Below, in pieces: positions 24,601 through 39,083 of a stretch of DNA of 52,670 bases (its first letter is position 1; every line of letters begins with the position of its first letter). Source of the stretch: Nemertoderma westbladi (taxonomy: Eukaryota; Animalia; Xenacoelomorpha); contig JAUCBJ010006512.1 in assembly GCA_032718475.1 (NCBI GenBank), positions 1 to 52,670 of the forward strand. Direction: 5' to 3'. A program made the translations under genes and the position numbers. The notes beneath the pieces are model-generated. The model saw only the letters and a program-made list of their open reading frames with translations. It made no database searches and had not been told where the DNA came from.

Positions 24601-27600
24601 CCCTGTCCCAAAATGTTCTCGTAACCCCAAATACCAACCCAATAATGTCCCTGTCCTAGAATGTTCTCGTAACCCCAATTACCAACCCAATAATGTCCCT
24701 GTCCCAGAATGTTCTCGTAACCCCAATTACCAACACAATAATGTCCCTGTCCTAGAATGTTCTCGTAACCCCAAATTCCAACCCAATAATGTCCCTGTCC
24801 CAAAATGTTCTAGTAACCCCAAATACCAACCCAATAATGTCCCTGTCCTAGAATGTTCTCGTAACCCCAATTACCAACCCAATAATGTCCCTGTCCCAGA
24901 ATGTTCTCGTAACCCCAATTACCAACACAATAATGTCCCTGTCCCAATGTTCTCGTAACCCCAATTACCAACCCAATAATGTTCCTGTCCTAGATTGTTC
25001 TCGTAACGTAAATTATCAACCCAATAATGTCCCTGTCCTAGAATGTTCTCGTAACCCAAATTACCAACCCAATAATGTCCCTGCCCCAATGTTCTCGTAA
25101 CCCCAATTACCAACCCAATAATGTCCCTGTCCTAGAATGTTCTCGTAACCCCAATTACCAACCCAATAATGTTCCTGTCCTAGATTGTTCTCGTAACGTA
25201 AATTATCAACCCAATAATGTCCCTGTCCTAGAATGTTCTCGTAACCCAAATTACCAACCCAATAATGTCCCTGTCCCAATGTTCTCGTAACCCCAATTAC
25301 TAACCCAATAATGTCCCTGTCCCAGAATGTTCTCGTAACCCCAATTACCAACCCAATAATGTCCCTGTCCTAGAATTTTCTCGTATCTCAAACTATCAAC
25401 CCAATAATGTCCCTGTCCTAGAATGTTCTCGTATCTCAAATTATCAACCCAATAATGTCCCTGTCCTAGAATGTTCTCGTAACCCAAATTACCAACCCAA
25501 TAATGTCCCTGTCCTAGAATGTTCTCGTATCTCAAATTACCAACCCAATAATGTCCCTGTCCCAGAATGTTCTCGTGACCCCAATTACCAACCCAATAAT
25601 GTCCCTGTCCTAGAATGTTCTCGTAACCCCAATTACCAACCCAATAATGTCCCTGTCCCAGAATGTTCTCGTAACCCCAATTACCAACCCAATAATGTCC
25701 CTGTCCCAATGTTCTCGTAACCCCAATTACCAACCCAATAATGTCCCTGTCCTAGAATGTTCTCGTAACGCAAATTATCAACCCAATAATGTCCCTGTCC
25801 TAGAATGTTCTCGTATCTCAAATTACCAACCCAATAATGTCCCTGTCCTAGAATTTTCTCGTATCCAAATTATCATCCCAATAATGTCCCTGTCCTAGAT
25901 TGTTCTCGTATCTCAAATTACCAACCCAATAATGTCCCTGTCCCAAAATGTTCTAGTAACCCCAAATACCAACCCAATAATGTCCCTGTCCCAAAATGTT
26001 CTAGTAACCCCAAATACCAACCCAATAATGCCCCTGTCCCAAAATGTTCTAGTAACCCCAAATACCAACCCAATAATGTCCCTGTCCTAGAATGTTATCG
26101 TAACCCAAATTATCAACCCAATAATGTTCCTGTCCCAGAATGTTCTCGTAACCCCAAATACCAACCCAATAATTTCCCTGTCCCAAAATGTTCTCGTAAC
26201 CCCAAATACCAACCCAATAATGTCCCTGTCCTAGAATGTTCTCGTAACCCCAATTACCAACCCAATAATGTCCCTGTCCTAGAATGTTCTCGTAACCCCA
26301 ATTACCAACACAATAATGTCCCTGTCCTAGAATGTTCTCGTAACCCCAAATACCAACCCAATAATGTCCCTGTCCCAAAATGTTCTAGTAACCCCAAATA
26401 CCAACCCAATAATGTCCCTGTCCTAGAATGTTCTCGTAACCCCAATTACCAACCCAATAATGTCCCTGTCCCAGAATGTTCTCGTAACCCCAATTACCAA
26501 CACAACAATGTCCCTGTCCCAATGTTCTCGTAACCCCAATTACCAACCCAATAATGTTCCTGTCCTAGATTGTTCTCGTAACGTAAATTATCAACCCAAT
26601 AATGTCCCTGTCCTAGAATGTTCTCGTAACCCAAATTACCAACCCAATAATGTCCCTGTCCCAATGTTCTCGTAACCCCAATTACCAACCCAATAATGTC
26701 CCTTTCCTAGAATGTTCTCGTAACCCCAATTACCAACCCAATAATGTTCCTGTCCTAGATTGTTCTCGTAACGTAAATTATCAACCCAATAATGTCCCTG
26801 TCCTAGAATGTTCTCGTAACCCAAATTACCAACCCAATAATGTCCCTGTCCCAATGTTCTCGTAACCCCAATTACCAACCCAATAATGTCCCTGTCCTAG
26901 AATGTTCTCGTAACCCAAATTACCAACCCAATAATGTCCCTGTCCTAGAATGTTCTCGTAACCCCAATTACCAACCCAATAATGTCCCTGTCTCAATGTT
27001 CTCGTAACCCCAATTACCAACCCAATAATGTCCCTGTCCCAATGTTCTCGTAACCCCAATTACTAACCCAATAATGTCCCTGTCCCAGAATGTTCTCGTA
27101 TCTCAAATTACCAACCCAATGATGTCCCTGTCCTAGAATTTTCTCGTATCCAAATTATCATCCCAATAATGTCCCTGTCCTAGAATGTTCTCGTATCTCA
27201 AATTATCAACCTAATAATGTCCCTGTCCTAGAATGTTCTCGTATCTCAAATTACCAACCCAATAATGTCCCTGTCCCAAAATGTTCTAGTAACCCCAAAT
27301 ACCAACCCAATAATGTCCCTGTCCCAAAATGTTCTAGTAACCCCAAATACCAACCCAATAATGCCCCTGTCCCAAAATGTTCTAGTAACCCCAAATACCA
27401 ACCCAATAATGTCCCTGTCCTAGAATGTTCTCGTAACCCAAATTATCAACCCAATAATGTTCCTGTCCTAGAATGTTCTCGTAACCCCAAATACCAACCC
27501 AATAATGTCCCTGTCCCAAAATGTTCTCGTAACCCCAAATACCAACCCAATAATGTCCCTGTCCTAGAATGTTCTCGTAACCCCAATTACCAACCCAATA

Positions 27601-29649
27601 ATGTCCCTGTCCCAGAATGTTCTCGTAACCCCAATTACCAACACAATAATGTCCCTGTCCTAGAATGTTCTCGTAACCCCAAATACCAACCCAATAATGT
27701 CCCTGTCCCAAAATGTTCTAGTAACCCCAAATACCAACCCAATAATGTCCCTGTCCTAGAATGTTCTCGTAACCCCAATTACCAACCCAATAATGTCCCT
27801 GTCCCAGAATGTTCTCGTAACCCCAAATACCAACCCAATAATGTCCCTGTCCTAGAATGTTCTCGTAACCCCAATTACCAACACAATAATGTCCCTGTCC
27901 CAATGTTCTCGTAACCCCAATTACCAACACAATAATGTCCCTGTCCCAGAATGTTCTCGTAACCCCAAATACCAACACAATAATGTCCCTGTCCTAGAAT
28001 GTTCTCGTAACCCCAATTACCAACACAATAATGTCCCTGTCCCAATGTTCTCGTAACACCAATTACCAACCCAATAATGCTCCTGTCCTAGATTGTTCTC
28101 GTAACGTAAATTATCAACCCAATAATGTCCCTGTCCTAGAATGTTCTCGTAACCCAAATTACCAACCCAATAATGTCCCTGTCCCAATGTTCTCGTAACC
28201 CCAATTACCAACCCAATAATGTCCCTGTCCTAGAATGTTCTCGTAACCCCAAATACCAACCCAATAATGTCCCTGTCCCAAAATGTTCTAGTAACCCCAA
28301 ATACCAACCCAATAATGTCCCTGTCCTAGAATGTTCTCGTAACCCCAATTACCAACCCAATAATGTCCCTGTCCCAGAATGTTCTCGTAACCCCAAATAC
28401 CAACCCAATAATGTCCCTGTCCTAGAATGTTCTCGTAACCCCAATTACCAACACAATAATGTCCCTGTCCCAATGTTCTCGTAACCCCAAATACCAACCC
28501 AATAATGTCCCTGTCCTAGAATGTTCTCGTAACCCCAAATACCAACCCAATAATGTCCCTGTCCTAGAATGTTCTCGTAACCCCAAATACCAACCCAATA
28601 ATGTCCCTGTCCCAATGTTCTCGTAACCCCAATTACCAACCCAATAATGTCCCTGTCCTAGAATGTTCTCGTAACGCAAATTATCAACCCAATAATGTCC
28701 CTGTCCCAGAATGTTCTCGTAAACCCAATTACCAACCCAATAATGCCCCTGTTCTAGAATGTTTTCGTAACCCCAATTACCAACACAATAATGTCCCTGT
28801 CCTAGAATGTTCTCGTAACCCCAATTACCAACCCAATAATGTCCCTGTCCCAGAATGTTCTCGTAACCCCAATTACCAACCCAATAATGTCCCTGTCCCA
28901 GAATGTTCTCGTAACCCCAATTACCAACCCAATAATGTCCCTGTCCCAGAATGTTCTCGTAAACCCAATTACCAACCCAATAATGTCCCTGTCCTAATGT
29001 TCTCGTAACCCAAATTACCAACCCAATAATGTCCCTGTCCTAGATTGTTCTCGTAAGCCCAATTACCAACCCAATAATGTCCCTGTCCTAGAATGTTCTC
29101 GTATCTCAAATTCCAACCCAATAATGCCCCTGTCCTAGAATGTTCTCGTATCTCAAATTACCAACCCAATAATGTCCCTGTCCTAGAATGTTCTCGTAAC
29201 CCCAATTACCAATCCAATAATGTCCCTGTCCCAGAATGTTCTCGTAACCCCAATTACCAACCCAATAATGTCCCTGTCCCAATGTTCTCGTAACCCCAAT
29301 TACCAACCCAATAATGTCCCTGTCCTAGAATGTTCTCGTAACGCAAATTATCAACCCAATAATGTCCCTGTCCCAGAATGTTCTCGTAACCCCAATTACC
29401 AACCCAATAATGTCCCTGTCCTAGAATGTTCTCGTAACGCAAATTACCAACCCAATAATGTCCCGGTCCCAGAATCTTCTCCTAACCCCAATTACCAACC
29501 CAATAATGTCCCTGTCCCAGAATGTTCTCGTAACCCTAATTACCAACCCAATAATGTCCCTGTCCCAGAATGTTCTCGTAACCCCAATTACCAACCCAAT
29601 AATGTCCCTGTCCCAATGTTCTCGTAACCCCAATTACCAACCCAATAAT
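18688..29649. repeat. 48-bp satellite array, left arm (with 46- and 47-bp variants)
   Basis: Unit CCAATTACCAACCCAATAATGTCCCTGTCC(C/T)AGAATGTTCTCGTAACC, continuous over ~11 kb. Confidence 0.97.
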
Positions 29650-30403
29650 TATCACGGCGACTACCTCATACAGTCATATGCCAGTACTGCAGTACGCAGA
29701 TATGGCAGTAGTATGGAGGAAGCCGTTTAGAAAGTTTCAATATAAAAAAACGCCGAAAGGGACGAACCGCAATCTTATATATAAAATACTTTCTTGGTCC
29801 CCGAGCCAGACCAGTCAGTCGTTATGCTGGGCCCTTCTGTCAGGTATGTTCTCTTTTTAATAAGAGAATTGACACTGTCTATCTAATTAATTACCTTACT
29901 ATAAAATGTGTATAAAATGTGCTCTGCATATGCCAACCCAACCCAAAGTCCACCCCGATTGGCCCACCCAAAGTCAGAAAGTCGCCCAAATACAGAAATG
30001 TCCACCCTGATTAGCCCACCCAAACAGCCAAAGTCTGAAAGTTGTAAGAGATAAATAATGAATAACGTGAATAGCGTACGCTCCAGGCAGCCAGGACGGT
30101 AGAAAGGTGCCAGGATCCGAGGCTGGACAGGTTTATCCGATTATATGAGTAATCTGGTCGTTAGATAGTTCGGTAGTTAATCGTAAAATCTCCATAAAAA
30201 TCAGAACATTCACCAGCACTAACTCTGACTATGATTAAGACAAGCTGACAAGGTCTGTACCGCTGTACCGGTAACAGTATGCAGTATGTTCCGCAGTTAC
30301 TGATTCCAAGCCTGTACAGTGCCAGCTGTCCTGTCTCTTTTTTGTGCTTACATTTTTGAGGCCTCAGAAACCAGCTAGTCCCAACCGCCGGGCGTACGCA
30401 ATA
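29650..30403 (-). repeat. 3' LTR (754 bp), termini 5'-TATTGCG...CGTGATA-3'
   Basis: Matches 39701-39741 + 42598-43307, except for a 3-bp indel and one substitution that I could see. ATTAAA on minus at 29856-29861. Confidence 0.93.
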
Positions 30404-30422
30404 CCGCTCTCCTAATTTTTTC
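30404..30422 (-). promoter_or_regulatory. Polypurine tract (plus-strand primer)
   Basis: Minus strand reads GAAAAAATTAGGAGAGCGG immediately before the 3' LTR. Confidence 0.75.
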
Positions 30423-31559
30423 ATATAATATAACAAATTAGCACAAATAGTACGCCCATTTGCCTCTAAAACTAAAAAACCTTCATGGGCAATAAATCAA
30501 TAAACTAAATAATATTACACTTTAATCGTATTAGAGTTTGTATAGTGTATATATAGAGTACATCCAATATACCTCCAATGAGGTGAGAGAAAATAAAACG
30601 TACAGTAGGACTCGATCATTGACCGCGGACCTGAGCATTATTGGTCGCAAAAGAGTTCTGCAGTTATCGCAATATCAATGAGCTGGTTTAGAGGACTAAA
30701 TAATCAATCGTTGGAGAACCAGTGATGCAGAAATCGAAAGACGAGCACCAAAGTCGAGCCGCAGTCATTAGAGAACCCTGATCAAATCTATTATCTAAAT
30801 AATATTTTTTGTAACTGATAGCGATAATATTCGCCATTGTGATATCTTCTGCTTGTCATATTAATCGGTAGATGAGCGTCTCTGGTAGATAATTCAGTAT
30901 TTACCGCTCATATTATAATTAATTTTTCTTCATTCCGTTTATGAAAACCTTTGCTGGGTTTATTTCCATAAGTGATGATACAATGTCAATAGGTGTTAAA
31001 ATCATCAGGACTACTTCGAATTTGGCACAGCCTCGGAGATGATAATATTTTTCGTACCCAGGATATTATGTAATCCATAATCCTTCCAAATCACCCCCCA
31101 CAACCCGACCAACTGCATCCCACATCCCATATAATGCAAACCAAACCGCACCCCACATCCCATATAATACAAACCTAACCCTAGAGCTCATTTTCCTTTT
31201 CGAGTGGGTTTTTTTATTTATTTTTTTATTATTGTACTTTCGGTTTATAAAATTACGAAAACCGAATGAAAAATATTGCCCGAGGACAAAAAAAGTGTTT
31301 TTTGGGAGTTCTGAGCATATTTTTAATTTAATTAATATACTTTATTCATTCTCAAAAATAAATTTTATTTCAGAACTCAAAATAATGCGGCATTTATAAT
31401 GAATGGTGAGAATATGTTAGTAAGTTAATATTAATATTTTGTTTACTTATACATAAGCAAAGTTGGGCCTACATAGTATTGTTATACGATACCGTAGTAC
31501 ATTATAAAACAGAATCACATAATACAAGTCACATAATGGGGATTATTAAGTGTTTATAT

Positions 31560-34500
31560 TTACATTGGATTACCGCTCTCATGCACATTTACGTTCTGTG
31601 GTGTGTTGTGCAACGCCATTTCTGAGTCTTGTTCTAGGAGGCAGAGTTTGCGAATAGGACGTTCTAGAACCTGACCAGAGGGTACCTTTAATAAAACACT
31701 TCGCACAAGTCCATCTTTGCCGATTTTTGGCTCAATAACCTGAGCAATTTTCCAATTTTTGCGAGATATCAGTGGTTCATGAATCAAAACTAAATCTCCA
31801 GTTTTAACATTCTCTACTCTGCTGAACCATTTTGTACGCAGTTGTTGACTGGGTAGATAATACTGCAGCCAAATCCGCCAGAATGTATTTGTTAAAAGTT
31901 GCAAAGTTTTCCACATGCGTTTTGAGTTGATGTCTCCATCGTCAATCTTGCTGATAGGTACCATTGTGGCGCTCTTTGTATACAAAAAATGTGCCGGTGT
32001 AAGTGCTTCCACACATTCAGGTGAGTGTGACATCTTTGTTAAAGGTCTCGAGTTTAATACACACTCAACTTCACAGAACAATGTCCGCATAGCCTCATCA
32101 TCGAGGTATGTGTAGTTTAATTCAGCAGGCAATATCTTATATAAGGATCTCTTGACACTTTGGACTAATCGCTCATAAGTGCCACCATACCATGGTGAAT
32201 ATGGTGGTGTGAAGTCCCAGTCTATAAATTGGATCTGATAGTCCTTCAATGTTTCTTCGACTAAAACTTTATTCCAACCTTCAATTGACTTAGATATCTC
32301 TTTGTTAGATGCAACAAAGTTGCCACCATTATCAGACGTTATAGATTTTGGTGTACCTCGTCTGGTGATGAATCGCCGTAAAGCCAGTAAGAAAGAGTCC
32401 ATATTAGAGTGAAACATTAGATCGATATGAATGGCACGAGTTGTCATACAGACCATTAAAATGCCCCATCGTTTGATTATTGATCTCGCACGTTTGACCT
32501 CAATTGGTCCGAACATATCAATCCCACAATTTGTGAATGCAGGTTCAAAAATGGCAAAACGGGTTTCTGGTAAATCTGCCATCTGTTGTTGCATGAGTGG
32601 TGCATTAAAGCGTTGACATGGTAAGCAAAATTTCATGACATTTTGTAATGTTCTCCAGGGGTAGATGAGGTAATAATGTTGTCGTAAATGAGCTAATATG
32701 TGATCTCGCCCTGCATGGTTAAGATCCAGGTGGGTATCATAGATCAACTGTTGCAATAACAATGGCTCTCTGATGAGTATTGGATGAATTGTGTTTTGTG
32801 ATACTGGAGCAAATGTTAAGCGAGTTTTAACTTTAACAAGTCCATCTATCATGGTGGTATTGTATTTAGATGGTTTGATTGGTTTATCATGTTGGTGTTG
32901 GGAATATAGATTCTCATCAGACAGCACTTGAGAGAGACGCAAACGTTGTTTGAGAGTCACTGAACGTTCTTCTGCAGTAATTGGTTGCAGAAAATGTTCT
33001 GGGATTGTGGTCACATCCTGGGCTTTCTTCCAACATTTCCAATGTGTGTATCTCTTAATTCGACATAGCTCATCTATTGTTTCTCGTAGAGACTTATTGT
33101 TCCTCAAAACATCTTCAAGCCAAGGACTCAAACCCCTAGAGATATCTGGAAAATTTGCATCTGTCGGTTGCTTCTGGTATTGTTCATTGACTACTGCAAC
33201 CACCTCAGTTAATCCTTGCTCTTTATAGGACTGATTAACACTATATTTATTATCTTTAATTAAAAGTTTTGATCGTTTTGGTTGTGGTTTAGATGGTATG
33301 GTCTCCGCTCTCGCAGGGAGCTGTAGATCCTGAAGAGGTTCAGGCCAATACTCTGCTGTCTTAGAAAGAAAGTCAGGGCCATTCTACCATACCCTGTTGT
33401 TGATTATCTCATCAGCATAAGCTCCACGTGATGTGAGATCTGCAGGATTGTTGACACCTGGTACATGAAACCACTGCTCTACTTGGGTGAATTTTAAAAT
33501 ATGATTCACTCGATTGGTAACATAAACACATAGTTTATGTTTTTGATTATGTAGGTATTGAATTACAAGTGATGCATCTGTCCAATAGAATAAGTGCAAT
33601 TGTATAGTGAGTTCCTTAGAGATCATTCTAGACAGGTCTACACCCATAACTGCAGACTGCAATTCTGCGCGTGGTGTCATTAGTCCCTTGGTTGGCATCA
33701 CACGGGATTTCGATGCCGCAAATGCAACCTGTATATTAGAAGGGGATGCTTCGAATCGCAAATAAGCCACTGCTCCCATGCCCTTTGAACTTGCATCAGA
33801 AAATATATGCAGTTCCAAAATGTCATGCTTTCGGAGTCCTTTGAAATATGTTCGCTAAATACGTAGTTGTTCAATATTCCTGAGATCATTTTCCCATCGT
33901 CGCCAATCTTTTTGGAGTTGAATAGGTAGTGGATCATCCCAGTCAAGGTCTTCTTGCCACATTTCTTTTATCAATAATTTTGGCAATAATATTACAGGGT
34001 TGAGAAATCCTAATGGATCGAAGACTCCAGCAAGTTTTGACAAACATTTACGTTTTGTAGATGAGATCTTCTGTATGTCAATCTTCACCTTAAAGTAGAA
34101 CTCATCTTCCAAGGTTGCCCATCTCATCCCTAAGATTTTAGTGACAGGTAAGGGATCAGAGTCCAGATCAATATCTGGATTTGCACGTTGATCGGCAGGG
34201 AATGATTCAAGAAACTCTTTGCTATTGCTGGCAAATTTGATTAAGTTGAAACCACCCTTCTTCAAGCAACTTTGAACTCCATGGGCAACATCAATGGCCG
34301 TTGTTTGGTCTTGTTCAGAATCAGCAACATCATCCATATAGATGTTGGTTTGAATAGTTTCAATAACTGCAGAATCAAATTGATATTTATTATCTTCAGC
34401 AGTGCTATATATAATACTTTCACAGTTACTTGGTGAAGATATTACACCAAAAGGTTGAGTTGTCATCCAATATTGAGTGGGTTCTCCTTCTAGAGATTCG

Positions 34501-37500
34501 TCAGGCCACCAGTAATATCGCAGGCTGTCTCTATCTATAGATGGTACTCGAACCTGCAGGAACATACCTTCAATGTCTGCGGTAAAGGCATAATCAAATT
34601 CGCGGAATCTGAATAAAATCCCATGTATCGAATGGAGAAGATTTGGACCAGCCATAATTTCTGTATTCAAAGACTGACCACGATATTTTGCTCTACAATC
34701 AAAAACAACTCTAACCTTTCCAGGTTTGTTTTCATTGGTGACAAAGTGATGAGGCATGAAATAGGATCTTGGTACGAAATCCAGGGAATGAGATGGGACA
34801 GGTTCAGCAGCTCCAATATTCAAATATTTTGTCATCTGTATATGATACATCGCAAGGTAATCTGGCTTTTGTAAAAGCCGTTTTCTTAATGATTTAACAC
34901 GCCGCTTAGCTAAAGACTCATTATTAATTAACTGAGGAGGATCTTGGCGCCATAATAATCCTACTTCATAGTGACCATCAGAGAGTTTTTTGCGAGTTCG
35001 ACTTTGGATCTCAATGGATCGCTGTTCTTCAATGGAGAAACCAATATCAGTTTCATGAGGGAGGTAGGCATCTACATCAAGCCAATTTCGGATTGTTCTA
35101 TCTAGTTGGAGGTCTCTTTCAAGATTATGACTTTCATCATTGGATTCATCCTCTGATATGCTGGTAGGACTACTTTCAATTGTTAATAAGGATTTAATAT
35201 CTGCACAAATATCAAACTCTTGACCATTATCATTAAAGATATCATCCAACTCTCGTTGCATGACATTCTCAAAACATTGACAAACAGATTCATTTGTACT
35301 TGACTCAGTAAAGTTAATATGAGTGGTGCTACGTTCCTGCAGAGTCCTATCTGAAGGACCAGAGCAGTACCACCCAAGTGATGTGCGAGCTGCAAATGGC
35401 TTTGTCATCCGGTCTTCCACCATGGGGTCTGCTGGGATGACTTCTAGAATCCTGAAAATTTCAGGGCAATTCTGTCCCAGCAACATCATAATTTTAGGAT
35501 AACTTGAGTTTGGGATAGGAATATTATTATCCTTGACGAAATTATCATCCTTCCAATCATAAGGAATGCCAAGTGAATCAGCTAATTCCTCCATACGGAT
35601 AAACTTTACATTTTTGGCTGTCTGTCCATTAAAACTACTTAGAGCTGGACTTAGGTTAGCCTTAGCTACCACTGTACTAATTTCCTTACGCCAAGAGACA
35701 ACTGTCAAGCGAAGTTTTGCAGCAGTGTGATCAGAAAATACCTGGTCGAATATTGTACTATCCAGGAATGAAGATGAACTGCCAGTGTCAATAAGTGCAT
35801 GAACAATGCAAGATGACTTGTCGCCAGTGATCTTCAGGGTAAGAATTGGAAATTCACGAACTACTTGGCCCCCTCTGTGAATACGACAGATTACAATGGA
35901 AGAGGAGTCCGACATTTCACCCTCAAAGTCAAATTCACTTGAATTCATTTTGTCATCATCAGTATCAGAAGAGACTGCATTTACTTTAGTTTCAAAGTGC
36001 TTCTGGTCATTACTTGACATCTCCAGTTTATGAAGTATGGTATGATGGCTTCGACCACACTTGCGACATTTATTTTTATTTTTACATTGGGATTTTCTGT
36101 GCATATTTGATAAGCAATTATAACAAAGACCTTGAACCTTACAATAATCTCTTCGTTGATCTAGTGTCATGGCAAGAAAGTGTTCACATTTGTATAGGGG
36201 GTGTGGTCCTGTACACTGAATACATTTCTGCTCACCTGTAGCTTTGGATTCCTTCTGTTGGTCTTTCAAATAACTCTCCTTAATATAATCTTTCTTAGAT
36301 TGAGGAAGGTTGATTTGCCCAACATTGGCTCTGTTCACTGTTTCGTCATCTTGTCCGGAATCTACAGCAAGGTTAGTTTTCGTAGACTTTACCTTTCCCT
36401 TAGTTGATTGATCATGAGATTTCGAGAAGTAGAGTAAAATCTCAACTTCTTCTTCTAAGAATTGGGAGAAATGTGAGGCTGTGATAGCTGTATTTGGTAT
36501 ACCATTTCTTTCTAACCTCAGCCTTTTCTTATACCATCGCCGACGAATACCAGAGTCTAATTTATTTACAACATCTTTGAGTATCTTTGCATTATCAAGT
36601 TGATGTTCCACACCAAGACGCTTTAATTGTTTGAGGGTTCTGTTAAACTCATCAGCAAATTCTATAACTTTAGAACTAGAAGTTCCTTTTATAGGTTCAA
36701 TTTTTAACAGTCCTTCTATAAGTGAGTTCACAATATTTTCATCTTTGCCATAACGTCTTCTTAATTCACCCCAAGCTTGATCAAAACCATCTTCTAAGCC
36801 AACAAAGGTTTGAGCGAGGCGCAGTGGAGCATCTTCCAACATTGAACAAAGGTAGTTGTGCTTCTCTTGATCTGAGAGTGGGTAAAGTAGTACATTTGTT
36901 TTAAAATGATGTTGGAAATTTATCCATTCATCGGGGGCGCCAGAAAATTTTATGAATTTTAATTTTGGTAAATTTCTATCCGCTGAAAGACGGCTCATGG
37001 CCTGAACTATGCTTTCCTCAGCTGCAGACTGATTTGTTCTTTTTTGGGAAAAGTCTAGAAACCCAGGCGTATTGTATTTTCTCCTAGTATCATTTACATC
37101 TTGTTCGATTACATGTTGGTTAGTTAGTTCTTTTATGCGATCAGTCATTTCTTTAGAGTTCTGGCGTACAATATCTTGAACGAATTTCTCGAAATGTGGC
37201 GGGATTGACATAGGATCTGCGTTATTATCTGTGATGATTTTCTGAGCATTTGTATTGTCTGGGCCAATACTGTAGGAAGTTAAATTGGGCAATTCCTGTC
37301 GGTGGTGTGAAGCCAGACGTATTCGTTCCTGTTCAGATTGTTGAAGTTGAGCTGCTTGCTGATTTAATTCATTACTCTGTTGAAGAACAGTGGCAGTTAG
37401 ATGCTCATTTTGGATTTGCATATCAGCCATTATCTGTCTTACCTCACTATTAATCAAATGTTGCTGAATATTGCCTGGTCTATTAGTAGGTTGTCGCGGA

Positions 37501-39083
37501 GACACTGTATATTGATGGCTATTTCGCAGGCTGTTATATTGCTGAGATGGGACATAGGTAGGATTAACAAATCGATGATTCTGCGGTAGTGTTCCTAAGT
37601 TTGAGTGTGGAATGAGAGGGGCTGAATTTATTGCTGGTTATTGCTGAACTAACTCAGACATAGGATGATTCAGCTCCAATGAAGGATTTTGAAGATTAGA
37701 TACAGGTATACCACCAATTTTCAACTCACTTGAACATTGTCGAGAATCTTTTGCTTCCTCAGCATGGTTCGGAGATGTATAGTTATACGGAAGCATATTT
37801 TTATTTATTAAAACAATAGGCGATAATGCTCGTGGAGGCTGTTCATTAGATCTAGTCACTGGGACTTTGGAATTCGATCGACTCTGGTCATCTAATCGAG
37901 TCGAAGTGAGGGGGTGAGCTGCAACATTATGTCCTGTTTGCAAATTGGCTGCAGAAATGGCGATATCATCAGGAATATTGGGATTTACTTCCAAGTCATT
38001 TTCATTGAGGTCCATGTCATCCTCATCAGATTCCCCAGGCTCATCATCTTGTGACAAATAACGTCGGATAGAGTGTGGCAGTGAAGTCAATGGATGAATA
38101 CTAGACATCCGCTCATCAATTGGATCTCCAATAGCCTGTGCAGCTTCCCTAGCAGCTCTCCCCAATTTTCTCAACTCTTGTTGTCGAATGGCTAGTTGTT
38201 GATCCATTTGTAGTTCAAGTTGCTTTCGCTTGAGTTTCTCTTCAATATCCTGTTCCTTTCTTTTTCTCTCCCGTTCCTCTGCTTCGCGGACTAAAGATCT
38301 TTTCTTGGCCTTTGCGTCTATTTTTAGTTTTTCCATTTCAACTCCCTTCTTAAGTAAGTCTATAGCTATTTTTTCATTATCTTCAAACTGGTGGAATCTG
38401 GCTTCCTTGTATGCTGCATCTTCCGCAAGTCTTCTTCTGTTTTCTGAGATGACAGAAGGGGGTTTGCTGACTTGACTCAGTGAACAGTTTGGGGTTTTTC
38501 CAGTGAGAAGAGTCATACCCCGTGTGCCACAAATCTCAGCTAGTTTATTAGCAATTTCTTTCATACGGACGAGATGTTGTTGTTTTTTGTCTCGGGCTCT
38601 ATTTACAAGAGACTGAAAATTACGGGCTTCTGCCACCATTTTAAAATCTGAGACAAGTATGAGTAATTTATTTCCCTTAGATTCTAATTCCATATACATT
38701 TGGAATACCTGATCCTCCCGTAATGATTTAAGATTCTCTGGGGTGAGCTTAGAAGTTAAACTGTTGAGATATCGAGTGGAGGAGGCTAGGTATCCTGATA
38801 AACTCCGGCCCAGTCTCTCCTCAGAAGCACAAGCATCAATATCGTATGACCATAGGTGGGAACAAGCATCAAGGAATCGTTGGCGTGACTTATCAGAAAA
38901 TCGTCTGACAGCTATGCTCAAGCACTGATTCTCATCTAGGATTGGTAGTAATATGGAAGTTGTATGATCCACTGGAGTAGGTGGTAAAGAAGTGGAAGGA
39001 TCAAGGACTGTTTGATCTCCATCATATTCTCCACTGATTGATGAAGATTCACTTCTAGGAAGTGACTTAGTGCCAGTCGCCAT
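31560..39083 (-). pseudogene. BEL/Pao Gag-Pol polyprotein (~2500 codons, single frame) interrupted by three nonsense codons
   Basis: ORFs 37638-39119, 33855-37505, 33384-33818 and 31560-33203 share one frame with no other stops between them. Motifs: DUF1759-like Gag, three Cys/His knuckles (CIQC..H..C, CYNC..H..C, CRKC..HH..H), protease LIDTGS, RT YMDD, RNase H FSDAS...NPAD, integrase HHCC + GIDMFGP/SDNGGNF/YER. Confidence 0.92.

Noticed and set aside
18677-29730. Dozens of ORF-track ORFs in the satellite
   Set aside because: They are by-products of a 48-bp unit divisible by three, broken by stop variants and 46-bp units.
30161-30436. 91-aa ORF duplicated at 43065-43349
   Set aside because: Duplicated only because it lies in the LTR; its start codons fall outside the LTR and differ between copies.
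30404-31559. Possible env gene in the 1.15-kb region after integrase
   Set aside because: No ORF of useful length lies within it; AT-rich, with only a short duplicated CCCACATCCCATATAAT.
31915-38928. Short + strand and alternate-frame ORFs within the retrotransposon
   Set aside because: Antisense or shadow frames of the Gag-Pol polyprotein with no recognisable motifs.
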